This document shows, piece after piece, positions 1 to 9,054 of a stretch of 50,740 nt of DNA. Location: positions 1-50,740 of IMG/VR virus record IMGVR_UViG_3300037628_000359; one strand, written 5' to 3'. Source of the stretch: a virus. Lineage: Duplodnaviria; Caudoviricetes. A program made the translations under genes and the position numbers. Position 1 is the first letter of the stretch. Each line of letters starts with the position of its first letter. The notes below the pieces were generated by a model. It was not told where the DNA came from and ran no database searches. It saw only the letters and a program-made list of their open reading frames with translations.

Positions 1-127
1 GATCTACCTCTTCATGATATACATTCTGAAGGTGCAGATTCTTTTAGGCAATTTGGGCAATGTTGCCAAAGTGAACGGTTAGAGCCTAAGAAAAAGAAAG
101 TTAAAAGAACTTACGCTTCAGTATGTA
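1..127. repeat. Terminal direct repeat, copy 1 (identical to 50614-50740); circular-assembly overlap
   Basis: First 127 nt are identical to the last 127 nt. The repeat lies inside the TerL reading frame, and 127 is a common assembler k-mer. Confidence 0.95.
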
Positions 128-132
128 GATAG
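1..132 (+). CDS. terL: C-terminal end of terminase large subunit (continues from 49183 across the origin)
   Basis: Frame 1 reads DLPLHDIHSEGADSFRQ...ASVCR then TAG at 130-132, in frame with the ORF starting at 49183. Confidence 0.9.
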   Translation, partial: DLPLHDIHSEGADSFRQFGQCCQSERLEPKKKKVKRTYASVCR

Positions 133-141
133 GATAAAACA

Positions 142-2436
142 ATGCCAACGAATATAGATTATAGTGATCATGCAAAAGTTCTTGTGTTAATTCAAGAGGC
201 GCAGGATAACGAACGAGATCAGCGAGCGCGAGTCGAAGAGGCTCAGTTGTTTATCACAGAAAAGGATGGTCAATGGGATCGATACGCCATTAGCAAAATG
301 GACGGTCGTTTTCGTGGCACGTTTGATATGTGTACCCCTATCGTTGATGGTATTGCCGGTGAAATAACTCAATCAGATTTTAGTATTCGTGTAAGTCCTG
401 CTAATGGAGTAGCAACAAAACAAATAGCTAAAACTTATGATGGGCTTATTCGTAACATTAGAAACGTATCGAATGCTGATACACTATTTAATGACATGGG
501 GCGCACTAATGTTGTTGGTGGGTTTGATGCGTGTGAAGTTGTCCAAGATTTTATAGAGCCTGATTCATTTAACCAAGGCTTATTAATTAAAAAAATTGCC
601 AATGCAGTTCGATCAGTTTGGTGGGACCAAGGTTCTATTGAGCAAGATCGCCATGATGCCGATTGGGGTATTAAGCTAAAAACCATTCAAAAATCTGAAT
701 ATGATGAAAGATGGTCTAAGGGTTCAGGTGTATCTATCGGTGATAACGCTGTAAACCAAACAGTTAAAAACACAACCAATGCTACAGATACCGTTACCAT
801 CGGTAAGCTTTACTATAAAAAACCTTTAAATATTGAAATCGTTCAAATGACGGACGGCTCAGTTTATAAAGATGATGAAAAATTCAAATCTATTCAGGAT
901 GAACTTTCACAGCCGACAGAGGATGCACCAGAAGGCATTAAAATTGAAACTGATGACGATGGTAAAGAGAAGCGCAGAAAGGTTAAGCAATGGAGAGTAT
1001 GGACTCGTCTACTTGATGGCTCGGACTGGCTAGACGTTGAAGAAGAGACAGTTTTTGATTATATACCACTAGTGCCTATTTACGGCAACTTCACCATCAT
1101 CGATGATAAGTATATTTATTTTGGTAAGCTTCAAAACCTATTTGATCAACAGCGTGTATTAAATTATTCAACTAGCCGTGACATTGAGGACGGGGCATTA
1201 GGTCCATCTGAAAAAATAGCGATGACCACCGATCAAATCGGCAATAACGATTATTCAAAAATAAACACTGAACGCGATCCTATCTTTGAATACGATAATG
1301 ACGAAAAATCCAAGTCACCACCATATAAAATGGCAGGGGCGCAACCTAACGCAGCATTGCAAACCACAATATCAAACATGCAACAAATGATGAATTCGTC
1401 ATCTAACACCTTTCAGGCACAACAAGGTAACGCACCATCAACACAGAGTGGTATAGCAGGGATGCAGCAGATAGAACAAGCCAATATAGGCTCTATCAAG
1501 TGGTTTACGCCTTTAGAGGTAATGATATGTCAAATCGGTAGAATTATCGTTAATTCTGCCCCTAGAGTTTATGATGGTACGCGACTAGAGAGAATACTTG
1601 AAGAGGATGGTAATTCAAATTTCGTAGAGTTAAATAAAAAGATATTTGATGATGAAACCAAAAAAAATATTGTTATTAATGATTTATCATTGGGTCAATA
1701 TGACTCTGTTTGTGAATCAGGCCCAGCATTTAATAGCTCACAAAAAGAAGCAGCGAGAGCTATTGAAACTATCATGACAATTAATCCGCAATTAGCAGCG
1801 GAAAATATGGATATATATCTTAAGAACAAAAAAGAGCCGGGCTTTGATTTAATGGCAGAGCGTGAAAGGGAGAAAATATTTAACGCTGGCTTAATCCCTG
1901 AATCACAATGGACTGATGAAGAAAAACAGCAAGTAGCCGATCAGCAAGCAGCAGCAGAAGGTCAGCCACCACAAGAAGATCCTGCACTAAAAGAAGCTAA
2001 TGGTATTGAAATGTCTGGTCAAGCTGATTTAACTAATGCTAATACCAAGCAGCAAGAGGCGCAATTTAACGCTCAAGTTAAAGCGGCTCAGGTCGCGGTA
2101 GACCAAGATAAAGTTGCACTTGAAAGAGAAAAGCTTCAATTTGACGTTCAGAAATTCTTAAAAGGCCAAGATGATAAATTCAATGTTGATGCAGCAACTA
2201 TTCAGTTAAATGTAGAGAAGCAAGATTTAGCACAAAGAAAACAAGAGTTTGATGAGTTTATAGTGGTTAGTAAGCAACAATTTGAACAGCAGCAGCAAGC
2301 GGTCAATGACGCTATCAACAACCTGAAAACTATACAAGACGCTAGTGGTGATACGACTATTATAGGCCCAGGATTAGTTGATAATATGAAAACTCAAAGC
2401 GATATTGTTAGCGATAAGCAAGACGAATCTGATTAA
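142..2436 (+). CDS. Portal protein, P22 gp1-like
   Basis: 764 aa directly after TerL, with P22-portal-like features (GQWD near the N-terminus, YIPLVPIYG, Q-rich coiled-coil C-terminal barrel). Confidence 0.9.
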   Translation: MPTNIDYSDHAKVLVLIQEAQDNERDQRARVEEAQLFITEKDGQWDRYAISKMDGRFRGTFDMCTPIVDGIAGEITQSDFSIRVSPANGVATKQIAKTYDGLIRNIRNVSNADTLFNDMGRTNVVGGFDACEVVQDFIEPDSFNQGLLIKKIANAVRSVWWDQGSIEQDRHDADWGIKLKTIQKSEYDERWSKGSGVSIGDNAVNQTVKNTTNATDTVTIGKLYYKKPLNIEIVQMTDGSVYKDDEKFKSIQDELSQPTEDAPEGIKIETDDDGKEKRRKVKQWRVWTRLLDGSDWLDVEEETVFDYIPLVPIYGNFTIIDDKYIYFGKLQNLFDQQRVLNYSTSRDIEDGALGPSEKIAMTTDQIGNNDYSKINTERDPIFEYDNDEKSKSPPYKMAGAQPNAALQTTISNMQQMMNSSSNTFQAQQGNAPSTQSGIAGMQQIEQANIGSIKWFTPLEVMICQIGRIIVNSAPRVYDGTRLERILEEDGNSNFVELNKKIFDDETKKNIVINDLSLGQYDSVCESGPAFNSSQKEAARAIETIMTINPQLAAENMDIYLKNKKEPGFDLMAEREREKIFNAGLIPESQWTDEEKQQVADQQAAAEGQPPQEDPALKEANGIEMSGQADLTNANTKQQEAQFNAQVKAAQVAVDQDKVALEREKLQFDVQKFLKGQDDKFNVDAATIQLNVEKQDLAQRKQEFDEFIVVSKQQFEQQQQAVNDAINNLKTIQDASGDTTIIGPGLVDNMKTQSDIVSDKQDESD

Positions 2437-2912
2437 CCATGATTGCAGAATTCTCCATGTAAGCACTCTCTGGCTGCCTCTACCACCTTCTTAGCTTCTG
2501 GTAGTTCAGAGAAATAACCCAAGGTTATTTGTTTTTTGTCCTTGCATATATTGACAACCCATTTGCTATGATTCTTACACCAGCTAACGCCCTTGACGCC
2601 AGATGTATTGTTTTTATACAAAGATGTATTCATTTTATTTTTTGAATTATCGCAAGGCCTTAAGTTTTCTATTCTATTGTCAGATTTAATCCCGTTAATA
2701 TGATCTATTTGGTCAGGAAAGTAACTAAAGTGATACATAAATATCAATCTATGAGCTCTATGCATTTTACCATTTATTTTTATATTAACGTATCCTGTGT
2801 AGTTTAATGAACCGGCCGCACTACCTTTTTTACATCTGCCTGAACTCGTTTTGTATAAAAGTTTCCCGTCTTTATAATCAAATAAAGAAATTAATTCATT
2901 TAACTCAATCAT
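2433..2912 (-). CDS. HNH homing endonuclease with C-terminal AP2-like domain
   Basis: RAHRLIF...IDHINGIKSDNRIENLR HNH motif, then NTSGVKGVSW...W...LGYF. Confidence 0.9.
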   Translation of the reverse strand: MIELNELISLFDYKDGKLLYKTSSGRCKKGSAAGSLNYTGYVNIKINGKMHRAHRLIFMYHFSYFPDQIDHINGIKSDNRIENLRPCDNSKNKMNTSLYKNNTSGVKGVSWCKNHSKWVVNICKDKKQITLGYFSELPEAKKVVEAARECLHGEFCNHG

Positions 2913-3041
2913 AAGATTGCATTCCTATAAGTATCAAATAAAAAACCCGGCAACTTAACGTTATGACCGATAGGATTAATATAAATAAAATCCAGATCAA
3001 TCCTAAATACCTGCTCCCACTTTTCAAGCTTCCAGTTGTAT

Positions 3042-3563
3042 CTATATCTTGGTTTCATTTACACACTCCGCCCATGCACATGGATCACTTAGTGGTTCGT
3101 AATTTAAATTATAACCCTTACCGAATAATGATTTATAATATTTATCGTTATGTGATACGAGGGCACCAACTTCATATCCAAGATTCTCTATAAAATCAGG
3201 AAGAGCAATATCCTTGTTAAGTTGCGCTCTATCAAATATATCGCTTAATGATTTGTTGTAAATTTTCTGTGGATCATTAAGGTTTAATTGAATACCATCA
3301 GTCACCTCAACCATGATACCATCAGTCATTTTATAACGTATACCGTCAATAAAGGTGATTATTTCACCTTCCCTTATAGCGGTAGCAGGTTCCCAATCAA
3401 TAAATAATGGATCAACTTTCTTCTTAGTTACTTTGTAATCGATAGCAGGAGTAAAACTAACACCCACTGGACTAACTCTAGCATCTATGGGTATTTGTAT
3501 TTCCTTAATCTCAAACCCGCTAGCCTCTATAAAAGCTTTAAGTAGTTTCTCTGCGTTATCCAT
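3042..3563 (-). CDS. Hypothetical protein with two CBM5/12-like aromatic repeats
   Basis: WEPATAIREGEIITFIDGIRY and YEVGALVSHNDKYYKSL...EP...W resemble chitin-binding-type repeats. Confidence 0.5.
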   Translation of the reverse strand: MDNAEKLLKAFIEASGFEIKEIQIPIDARVSPVGVSFTPAIDYKVTKKKVDPLFIDWEPATAIREGEIITFIDGIRYKMTDGIMVEVTDGIQLNLNDPQKIYNKSLSDIFDRAQLNKDIALPDFIENLGYEVGALVSHNDKYYKSLFGKGYNLNYEPLSDPCAWAECVNETKI

Positions 3564-3879
3564 TTAATTTAAACTCCTCGATTTCAAATTCATTATAATT
3601 ATTAGAGTCATCATTCTTTTTTGCCTTAGACATTTCTATTTCAGCCAGTGATTTATCCGAATAAACACCTAACACCACTGTCGCTTCATAAGGGTAATGG
3701 ATGGTTAATACGTAAACTGTGTTATTCATTATCTTCTACCTTAATAAAATCACTGTGCTGCTTAACATCTATCATATAAGCATCATTCCAACGCTTTCTA
3801 GAGTGTATATCACCCATACTATGCCAATGTCCGGTATAAAGTGCTTTGTATCTTGTTTGGTCGTTACAGGGTGAATCAG

Positions 3880-4254
3880 TCATTTTAATCTCCCGCTGCA
3901 ATTTAGATTATCGCAGAAATCAGAGTGCGGGAAAGTCGATTTTGTTCCACATATTACACAACACCCTTTATCCATAGTCTTTTGGTGCTCTACTGGACGT
4001 TTAAACACAAGAACATCGGTATGATTATAAAGCAGACCATTTTTAAATGAGTTATACGCGATACTTGTAATAACTTTAGTAAACGGCTTTAAATACCAAG
4101 GAATGACAACTTTATATTTACTAAACTTAATCGCCATTTCCTCTTCTCTTTTTTGGAAAATGTTTTCCTTAGACCTTGAAAGTAAACGCTTGGCTGGCAT
4201 GTTTTCTAGGAATTCATTTACTATTTTTTTAATGTTTGACATCATCCCCTCCAT
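3880..4254 (-). CDS. Hypothetical protein, C-terminal Cys cluster
   Basis: ORF in the leftward operon with CVIC...C...C. Confidence 0.55.
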   Translation of the reverse strand: MEGMMSNIKKIVNEFLENMPAKRLLSRSKENIFQKREEEMAIKFSKYKVVIPWYLKPFTKVITSIAYNSFKNGLLYNHTDVLVFKRPVEHQKTMDKGCCVICGTKSTFPHSDFCDNLNCSGRLK

Positions 4255-4420
4255 TCATTTGACTCTTAACAGTTTCCATCATCTTACCCTCATCCGCTCC
4301 AGCATCAACAGCAGCTTGAGCAAGCGCTATTAAAGCCTCTGTCATATCGTCTACTGTTATAAACTGTTGATCGTGGAGTATGAAGTTCTTGTTTATTTTT
4401 GTTCTGGTGTATTTAATCAT
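4229..4420 (-). CDS. Small hypothetical protein (paralogue of 9711-9893)
   Basis: Shares INKN-x2-LH-x3-F-x-T-x2-DM...AV-x-AGADE-x-K with 9711-9893. Confidence 0.7.
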   Translation of the reverse strand: MIKYTRTKINKNFILHDQQFITVDDMTEALIALAQAAVDAGADEGKMMETVKSQMNGGDDVKH

Positions 4421-4658
4421 TATATAAAAACCTCGTCAAAAACATTTCTTTTATCGAATTAACTACGATACATTTAAAAAATCCATCATTATTTGCCGAC
4501 ATTGGACTTCGTAATACTTCATCCATATTAGCGTTATCGCAAGAGTCGTAATATAACCCTGTAAAGTTTGCGTATTCGTATTTATCACCCATCTTTAAAA
4601 CGTGCGTTGCATTTCTTGGTGCTTGCTCGTGAAATTCTGTAAGTGTTTTAAGTTTCAT
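4413..4658 (-). CDS. Hypothetical protein
   Basis: Overlap-coupled ORF in the leftward operon. Confidence 0.6.
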   Translation of the reverse strand: MKLKTLTEFHEQAPRNATHVLKMGDKYEYANFTGLYYDSCDNANMDEVLRSPMSANNDGFFKCIVVNSIKEMFLTRFLYND

Positions 4659-4858
4659 AACTCACCCCATAAAGCAAAGACCGATAACTTACACTTAAAC
4701 ACCTCAAGCAATCTTTCCTGCATATCAGCCCCAGGTTTCTTTGTGCCATTACATAAGCGGCTAACGTGTGCGGCTGTGATTGAAAGCTCTTTAGCTAACC
4801 ATCGTTGATTATTATTCTTTATCGCTAGTCCGACTCTTATAGCCTGTCCTGTATCCAT
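4655..4858 (-). CDS. XRE/Cro-family HTH regulator
   Basis: NQRWLAKELSITAAHVSRLCNGTKKP HTH pattern; first gene after the leftward promoter. Confidence 0.85.
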   Translation of the reverse strand: MDTGQAIRVGLAIKNNNQRWLAKELSITAAHVSRLCNGTKKPGADMQERLLEVFKCKLSVFALWGEL

Positions 4859-4899
4859 ATTAACCCCTGAATAAATTTATATTGTTACCATTGCGATAG

Positions 4900-4928
4900 A
4901 GTATAAGTTAATTCTACTTGGTGGTCAA
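4900..4928 (-). promoter_or_regulatory. Sigma70-type promoter (leftward)
   Basis: TTGACC-17 nt-TATACT on the minus strand. Confidence 0.75.
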
Positions 4929-4997
4929 TTAAATACACCCTTACTCATAATAAATAAAACATTACAAAAATAAATAATATAAATGTGATAAAATACG

Positions 4998-5026
4998 TTG
5001 ACACAATCAAACCGTATGTATAGTAT
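4998..5026 (+). promoter_or_regulatory. Sigma70-type promoter driving the ter operon
   Basis: TTGACA-17 nt-TAGTAT, with an AT-rich UP-like region upstream. Confidence 0.8.
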
Positions 5027-5047
5027 GTTTCATGTCGAGAGGATAAA

Positions 5048-5197
5048 ATGAAAACTTTGACAATATCACAAGTAATGAAAGCTCCAGGTCTTTTAAAAAA
5101 AGAGTTAGAAAAAGGCCAAGTGAGATTAATCTGGAAAGAACCAAAACCAAATGGGTTAATAGTTTTTTCCGCAATTGTAAAAAAAGAGGAAAGTTAA
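5048..5197 (+). CDS. 49-aa protein, possibly Phd/YefM-like (not in ORF track)
   Basis: GAGG RBS; MKTLTISQVMKAPGLLKKELEKGQVRLIWKEPKPNGLIVFSAIVKKEES; stop 1 nt before terD. Confidence 0.55.
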   Translation: MKTLTISQVMKAPGLLKKELEKGQVRLIWKEPKPNGLIVFSAIVKKEES

Positions 5198-5198
5198 A

Positions 5199-5765
5199 AT
5201 GTTAGATATTATTGCGAAAGGCGAAACATTCGAATTAAGCGTTAAATCAAAGCAAGAAGGCCCACAGGTATTTTACTTTGGTGCCGGTTGGGATAATCCA
5301 GACGGTCCGGTTGATTTAGATATCGTTTGTGCCGCGTTAGTTGACGGTAAATTATCAAGCAACAGTAACTTTGTTTACTTTGGTAACCGCTTTGCTCCAG
5401 GTATTTCTTTATCAGAAGATAATCAAACCGGCGATGGCGATGGCGATGATGAAGATATTGTTATTGACACTTCAAAAGTAGATTCTACCGTTGATAAAAT
5501 CGTTATCGGTTTAGCTGCTTATGCTGGTGCTGATCTACATAGCGCTCCTAACCCACATTTTCGTGTTTGCGATGGCGATAACGAAAATAGCGATCAGATC
5601 GGCGATGTTGTTGTTACTGGTGGTGCAACCGCTGGCGATACGGTTCTTGTAGCGTTTACATTGATGCGCACATCTTCAGGATGGGTGTTAGAAAACAATG
5701 CTGAGTTCCATAAAAAAGGACAAGGCACCGGCGCGATTCAAGGTTTCGGCTCATTGTTTGAGTAA
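5199..5765 (+). CDS. terD: TerD-family stress protein
   Basis: GAGWD...DLD...VYFGN...EDNQTGDGDGDDEDI motifs. Confidence 0.9.
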   Translation: MLDIIAKGETFELSVKSKQEGPQVFYFGAGWDNPDGPVDLDIVCAALVDGKLSSNSNFVYFGNRFAPGISLSEDNQTGDGDGDDEDIVIDTSKVDSTVDKIVIGLAAYAGADLHSAPNPHFRVCDGDNENSDQIGDVVVTGGATAGDTVLVAFTLMRTSSGWVLENNAEFHKKGQGTGAIQGFGSLFE

Positions 5766-5792
5766 CCGCTATCTAGTTTAAAATTACTTTAA

Positions 5793-5820
5793 TGGCGGCT
5801 TAGGTCGCCTTATTTATTTT
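5793..5820 (+). terminator. Putative intrinsic terminator or hairpin between terD and terB
   Basis: GGCGGC-TTAG-GTCGCC followed by TTATTTATTTT. Confidence 0.5.
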
Positions 5821-5831
5821 GGAGAATTAAA

Positions 5832-6269
5832 ATGTGGGATAAATTAAAAAACCTTGCATCAAATGTATTAAGTGAAGGTGAAAAAGTTTTAACGCGAGCT
5901 ATCGATAAAAATAACTTTAAAAGAATTATTTTTGCCGGTTATCTTATAGCTCAAGCTGATGGTGATTTTGACAGCGATGAAAAATCAGCGCTTGCTAAAA
6001 TCGTCAAAAAAGAATTACCCCAATTCGATATTCAAGACATTATCGACGTGATCAATAAATGCGATGAAAAAGTATCGTTTGATAAACGTTTAGGTGTTTC
6101 AGAATTACTTGATTTTATCGGTGGTGCAGATAAAGAAAACGCTGAATTGATAATGCGCATATGCTGCTTTATTGGTGAGGCCGATGGTAAGTTTGATGCT
6201 GATGAAAAATTAGTAGCAAGAGATATTGCCATTCGTCTTAATGTAACACCTTCGAGATACGGGCTATGA
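5832..6269 (+). CDS. terB: TerB-family protein
   Basis: Duplicated ADG-x-FD-x-DEK motifs (IAQADGDFDSDEK, IGEADGKFDADEK). Confidence 0.9.
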   Translation: MWDKLKNLASNVLSEGEKVLTRAIDKNNFKRIIFAGYLIAQADGDFDSDEKSALAKIVKKELPQFDIQDIIDVINKCDEKVSFDKRLGVSELLDFIGGADKENAELIMRICCFIGEADGKFDADEKLVARDIAIRLNVTPSRYGL

Positions 6270-7141
6270 TTGACTCAATAGGATTTCCACCTTTAACGGT
6301 CGGTATATTTCTATTGTGTGTGGCTGGACTTCTAGTTATGGATTTCTGGTCACACAGAAAAGATTCAATTGTATCATTAAAGTCTGCTATATCATGGTCA
6401 TTATTTTATATCTTCTGTTCTTTAGCTTTTGCAGGTTATTTATATTTAGATCATGGTAAAGAAAGTGCTAGCCTATTCTTGACGGGTTATTCATTAGAGA
6501 AGGTATTGGCATTCGATAACCTTTTTGTTTTTTCAATGATATTCGCTTACTTCAAGATACCTGAAGAAAGGCAACATGCTGCTTTATATTGGGGTATAGC
6601 TGGAGCTATAATTTTCAGGATGATATTTGTTGCCATAGGTGTAACATCATTAAATAAAATAGGCCCGATTGCCGAGGTAATTTTTGCTTTATTAATTATA
6701 TTTTCTGTATATTTGATTATTAAAGGCGGTGATGATGATGTTGATTATGATAACGCATGGTACACAAAAGCTATAAGGAAAGTATACCCAGGTGCATCGA
6801 TATTTTTTATAGCGGTATGTGTTATCGAGATAAGCGATATTATGTTCTCTTTTGATAGTGTGCCGGCAATTATAGCGATAACTAAAGATCCATTGCTAAT
6901 ATATAGTTCAATGATATTTGCAATACTAGGATTAAGATCTATGTACTTTATTATATCTTCATTATCTAGATTTTTTGTTTACATGGATCAGGCTGTGATT
7001 TTTGTTCTTTTATTTATTGCAGGAAAGCTTTTATTTGGAACGCTTGGGATGCACGTAGAGCCTAATATTAGTTTAGTGATTATATTGGGAATTCTTACTT
7101 GTGGTGCTGGCGCATCAGTAATTATTGGAGAGAAAAAATGA
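6266..7141 (+). CDS. terC: TerC/Alx-family integral membrane protein
   Basis: TGYSLEKVLAFDNLFVF, IEISDIMFSFDSVPAI and FAILGLRSMYF motifs; multiple TM helices. Confidence 0.92.
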   Translation: MIDSIGFPPLTVGIFLLCVAGLLVMDFWSHRKDSIVSLKSAISWSLFYIFCSLAFAGYLYLDHGKESASLFLTGYSLEKVLAFDNLFVFSMIFAYFKIPEERQHAALYWGIAGAIIFRMIFVAIGVTSLNKIGPIAEVIFALLIIFSVYLIIKGGDDDVDYDNAWYTKAIRKVYPGASIFFIAVCVIEISDIMFSFDSVPAIIAITKDPLLIYSSMIFAILGLRSMYFIISSLSRFFVYMDQAVIFVLLFIAGKLLFGTLGMHVEPNISLVIILGILTCGAGASVIIGEKK

Positions 7142-7389
7142 TTAAGCTTATTAAAAAATACTCAGTAGGGTTGGTAAAGTCCTATTTGATAAAAGTAGCC
7201 GTTATAATTGTTTTGGTTATAATTGCCATTGGAGTCATATTTAAAACGATTAGTTACAGTTCTAGCCGCTATGCTTGCCATGTGCAATGGGTAGAGAGCG
7301 GTATTGAATACAAATACACCTTAAGAGGTGGTTGTTTGTTAAAACGTGGTACTGGTTGGATACCGGCCAAAAACTTTAGAGTTGAATAA
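7138..7389 (+). CDS. Small single-TM membrane protein
   Basis: ATG at 7138 overlaps the terC stop (ATGA), with a GGAG RBS and a hydrophobic segment. Confidence 0.65.
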   Translation: MIKLIKKYSVGLVKSYLIKVAVIIVLVIIAIGVIFKTISYSSSRYACHVQWVESGIEYKYTLRGGCLLKRGTGWIPAKNFRVE

Positions 7390-7401
7390 AGGGGTATTAT
7401 C

Positions 7402-7626
7402 ATGTTTGGAAGTTTATTTGATAAAATCGTAGATACGGCCGAAGATTTCTTAGACGACCCAATTAATACATCTGTAAATATAGCGACATCACCACTTCGT
7501 AATAGTTTAGATGTGGTCGATGGATTAACAGAGGGCGAATTAAGACTTAAGGCAATCGCTAGTTTAGGTTCGGATATTGCCGGAGATATGTTGCTAGAAG
7601 AATTAATCGACTGGCATAATAGTTAA
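7402..7626 (+). CDS. Acidic hypothetical protein
   Basis: AAGGGG RBS, 74 aa. Confidence 0.65.
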   Translation: MFGSLFDKIVDTAEDFLDDPINTSVNIATSPLRNSLDVVDGLTEGELRLKAIASLGSDIAGDMLLEELIDWHNS

Positions 7627-7672
7627 CCACCCATAACAAGGACGTTATTAACTAACTTAACTGGAGAAAATT

Positions 7673-7900
7673 ATGACTAAATTAGAAAAACAAATGATTA
7701 TTGGTGTTTTGGTAGTTGGTGTCCTCGGTGCCATGGCGATTCATAATATAATTAATCAAGGAGGTAAAGCTTACGAGCTATACAAAATAACTACCGATGC
7801 ACACAAACAAAAGTGTTTAGATAAATTCAAGACTATAGAATATGAGATGGTAAACGATGTTCTATACTGTAAATCTACTAACGGGTTAGTGAAATATTAA
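7673..7900 (+). CDS. Small membrane-anchored protein
   Basis: GGAG RBS and N-terminal TM segment. Confidence 0.65.
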   Translation: MTKLEKQMIIGVLVVGVLGAMAIHNIINQGGKAYELYKITTDAHKQKCLDKFKTIEYEMVNDVLYCKSTNGLVKY

Positions 7901-8061
7901 TTTATAGTTAACTAACTGGAGGATGTATGACAGATGCAGAATTAATATTTCATATTGCTGTTTTGGTTGCTGTAGTTTGGTTAATTTATCAGTTAATAAG
8001 CATACATATCTCTGTTGAGAAATGGCTAAAAAGTTTAAAATCAGATGATAAGGAATGATGT

Positions 8062-8520
8062 ATGAACAGAGAAATAAACAAAAAAGGTTACGCTGCAATA
8101 GGGCTAGACAACCCTAAATCGAGCTGTAACGTTGGCTCTGTGCTTCGCGCTGCTGGCGTGTACGATGCCGCTCTTGTTGTAGCGTCTCGCAAGCGTTGGC
8201 AAACTAGCGCTACTGATACTATGTCAGCATACAAACATATGCCATTTATTCATAACGTTGATGAATTACATGACTATATTCCTTTTGATTGTGTGCCCGT
8301 TGCTATTGAACTAATCGAAGGCGCAACACCATTGAATGAATTTAAACATCCAGAGCGAGCGTTCTACATCTTTGGCGCTGAAGATGCAACACTAGGTCAT
8401 AGGGTATTGAAGTATTGCAAACATACCGTTTATGTGCCAACTAACGGATGTATGAACCTAGCCGCCACGGTTAACGTAGTTTTATATGACCGACTAGCTA
8501 AGCAATTAAATAATCTATAA
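8062..8520 (+). CDS. SPOUT (SpoU/TrmH/TrmL-like) RNA 2'-O-methyltransferase
   Basis: Motif 1 NPKSSCNVGSVLRAA, motif 2 YIFGAEDATL, motif 3 VYVPTNGCMNLAATVNVVLYDR. Confidence 0.9.
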   Translation: MNREINKKGYAAIGLDNPKSSCNVGSVLRAAGVYDAALVVASRKRWQTSATDTMSAYKHMPFIHNVDELHDYIPFDCVPVAIELIEGATPLNEFKHPERAFYIFGAEDATLGHRVLKYCKHTVYVPTNGCMNLAATVNVVLYDRLAKQLNNL

Positions 8521-8538
8521 CAAGTATAAGGGGTAACT

Positions 8539-8808
8539 ATGAACATAAATAACTTGCCGATGAGGCTTAACGGTTTAAGGGTTGTTATATCTAAGCCAGT
8601 AAAATGTGAAATAAAAATAAAACGAACATGGAAAGAACGATTATTTACATGTCCATTCAAACCCTTTACTAAAACTAAAATAAGCTATGAATTAAAGGAA
8701 ACTTTAATAGACGGTCAAGTATTAAATATGGGTGATCATTTGATTATGACAGCCAAAACTTGGCATGCTTGTGAAATAGTAATGAACGAAGAGATGAATC
8801 ACCAATAA
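8539..8808 (+). CDS. Hypothetical protein
   Basis: AAGGG RBS; RTWKERLF motif seen in phage hypotheticals. Confidence 0.6.
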   Translation: MNINNLPMRLNGLRVVISKPVKCEIKIKRTWKERLFTCPFKPFTKTKISYELKETLIDGQVLNMGDHLIMTAKTWHACEIVMNEEMNHQ

Positions 8809-8818
8809 GGGGTAAGGT

Positions 8819-9054
8819 ATGGAATATTACACGCCTGATATGTGCGGCAGTGGACAACAAGGTATTTGCGCTAAATGTAAAAACCACCAACTGTAGAAGG
8901 TCACGATGGGTGCCTTGGTGTACTGCCAAGAGGTGAGGTAATGAACGCTTGTTGTGGTCATGGTAATGATAATCAAGCTTACGTTCAGTTTTGGAGTAAA
9001 CCAAGAATATCAGGACAAGATGCAATTAAATATATAACAGAGAATAAACTATGA
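8819..9054 (+). pseudogene. Cys/His-rich small protein split by a -1 frameshift at the A5 run 8879-8883
   Basis: Frame 0 reads MEYYTPDMCGSGQQGICAKCK then stops; the -1 frame continues KPPTVEGHDGCLGVLP...NACCGHG...AYVQF to a TGA overlapping the next ATG. Confidence 0.6.
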
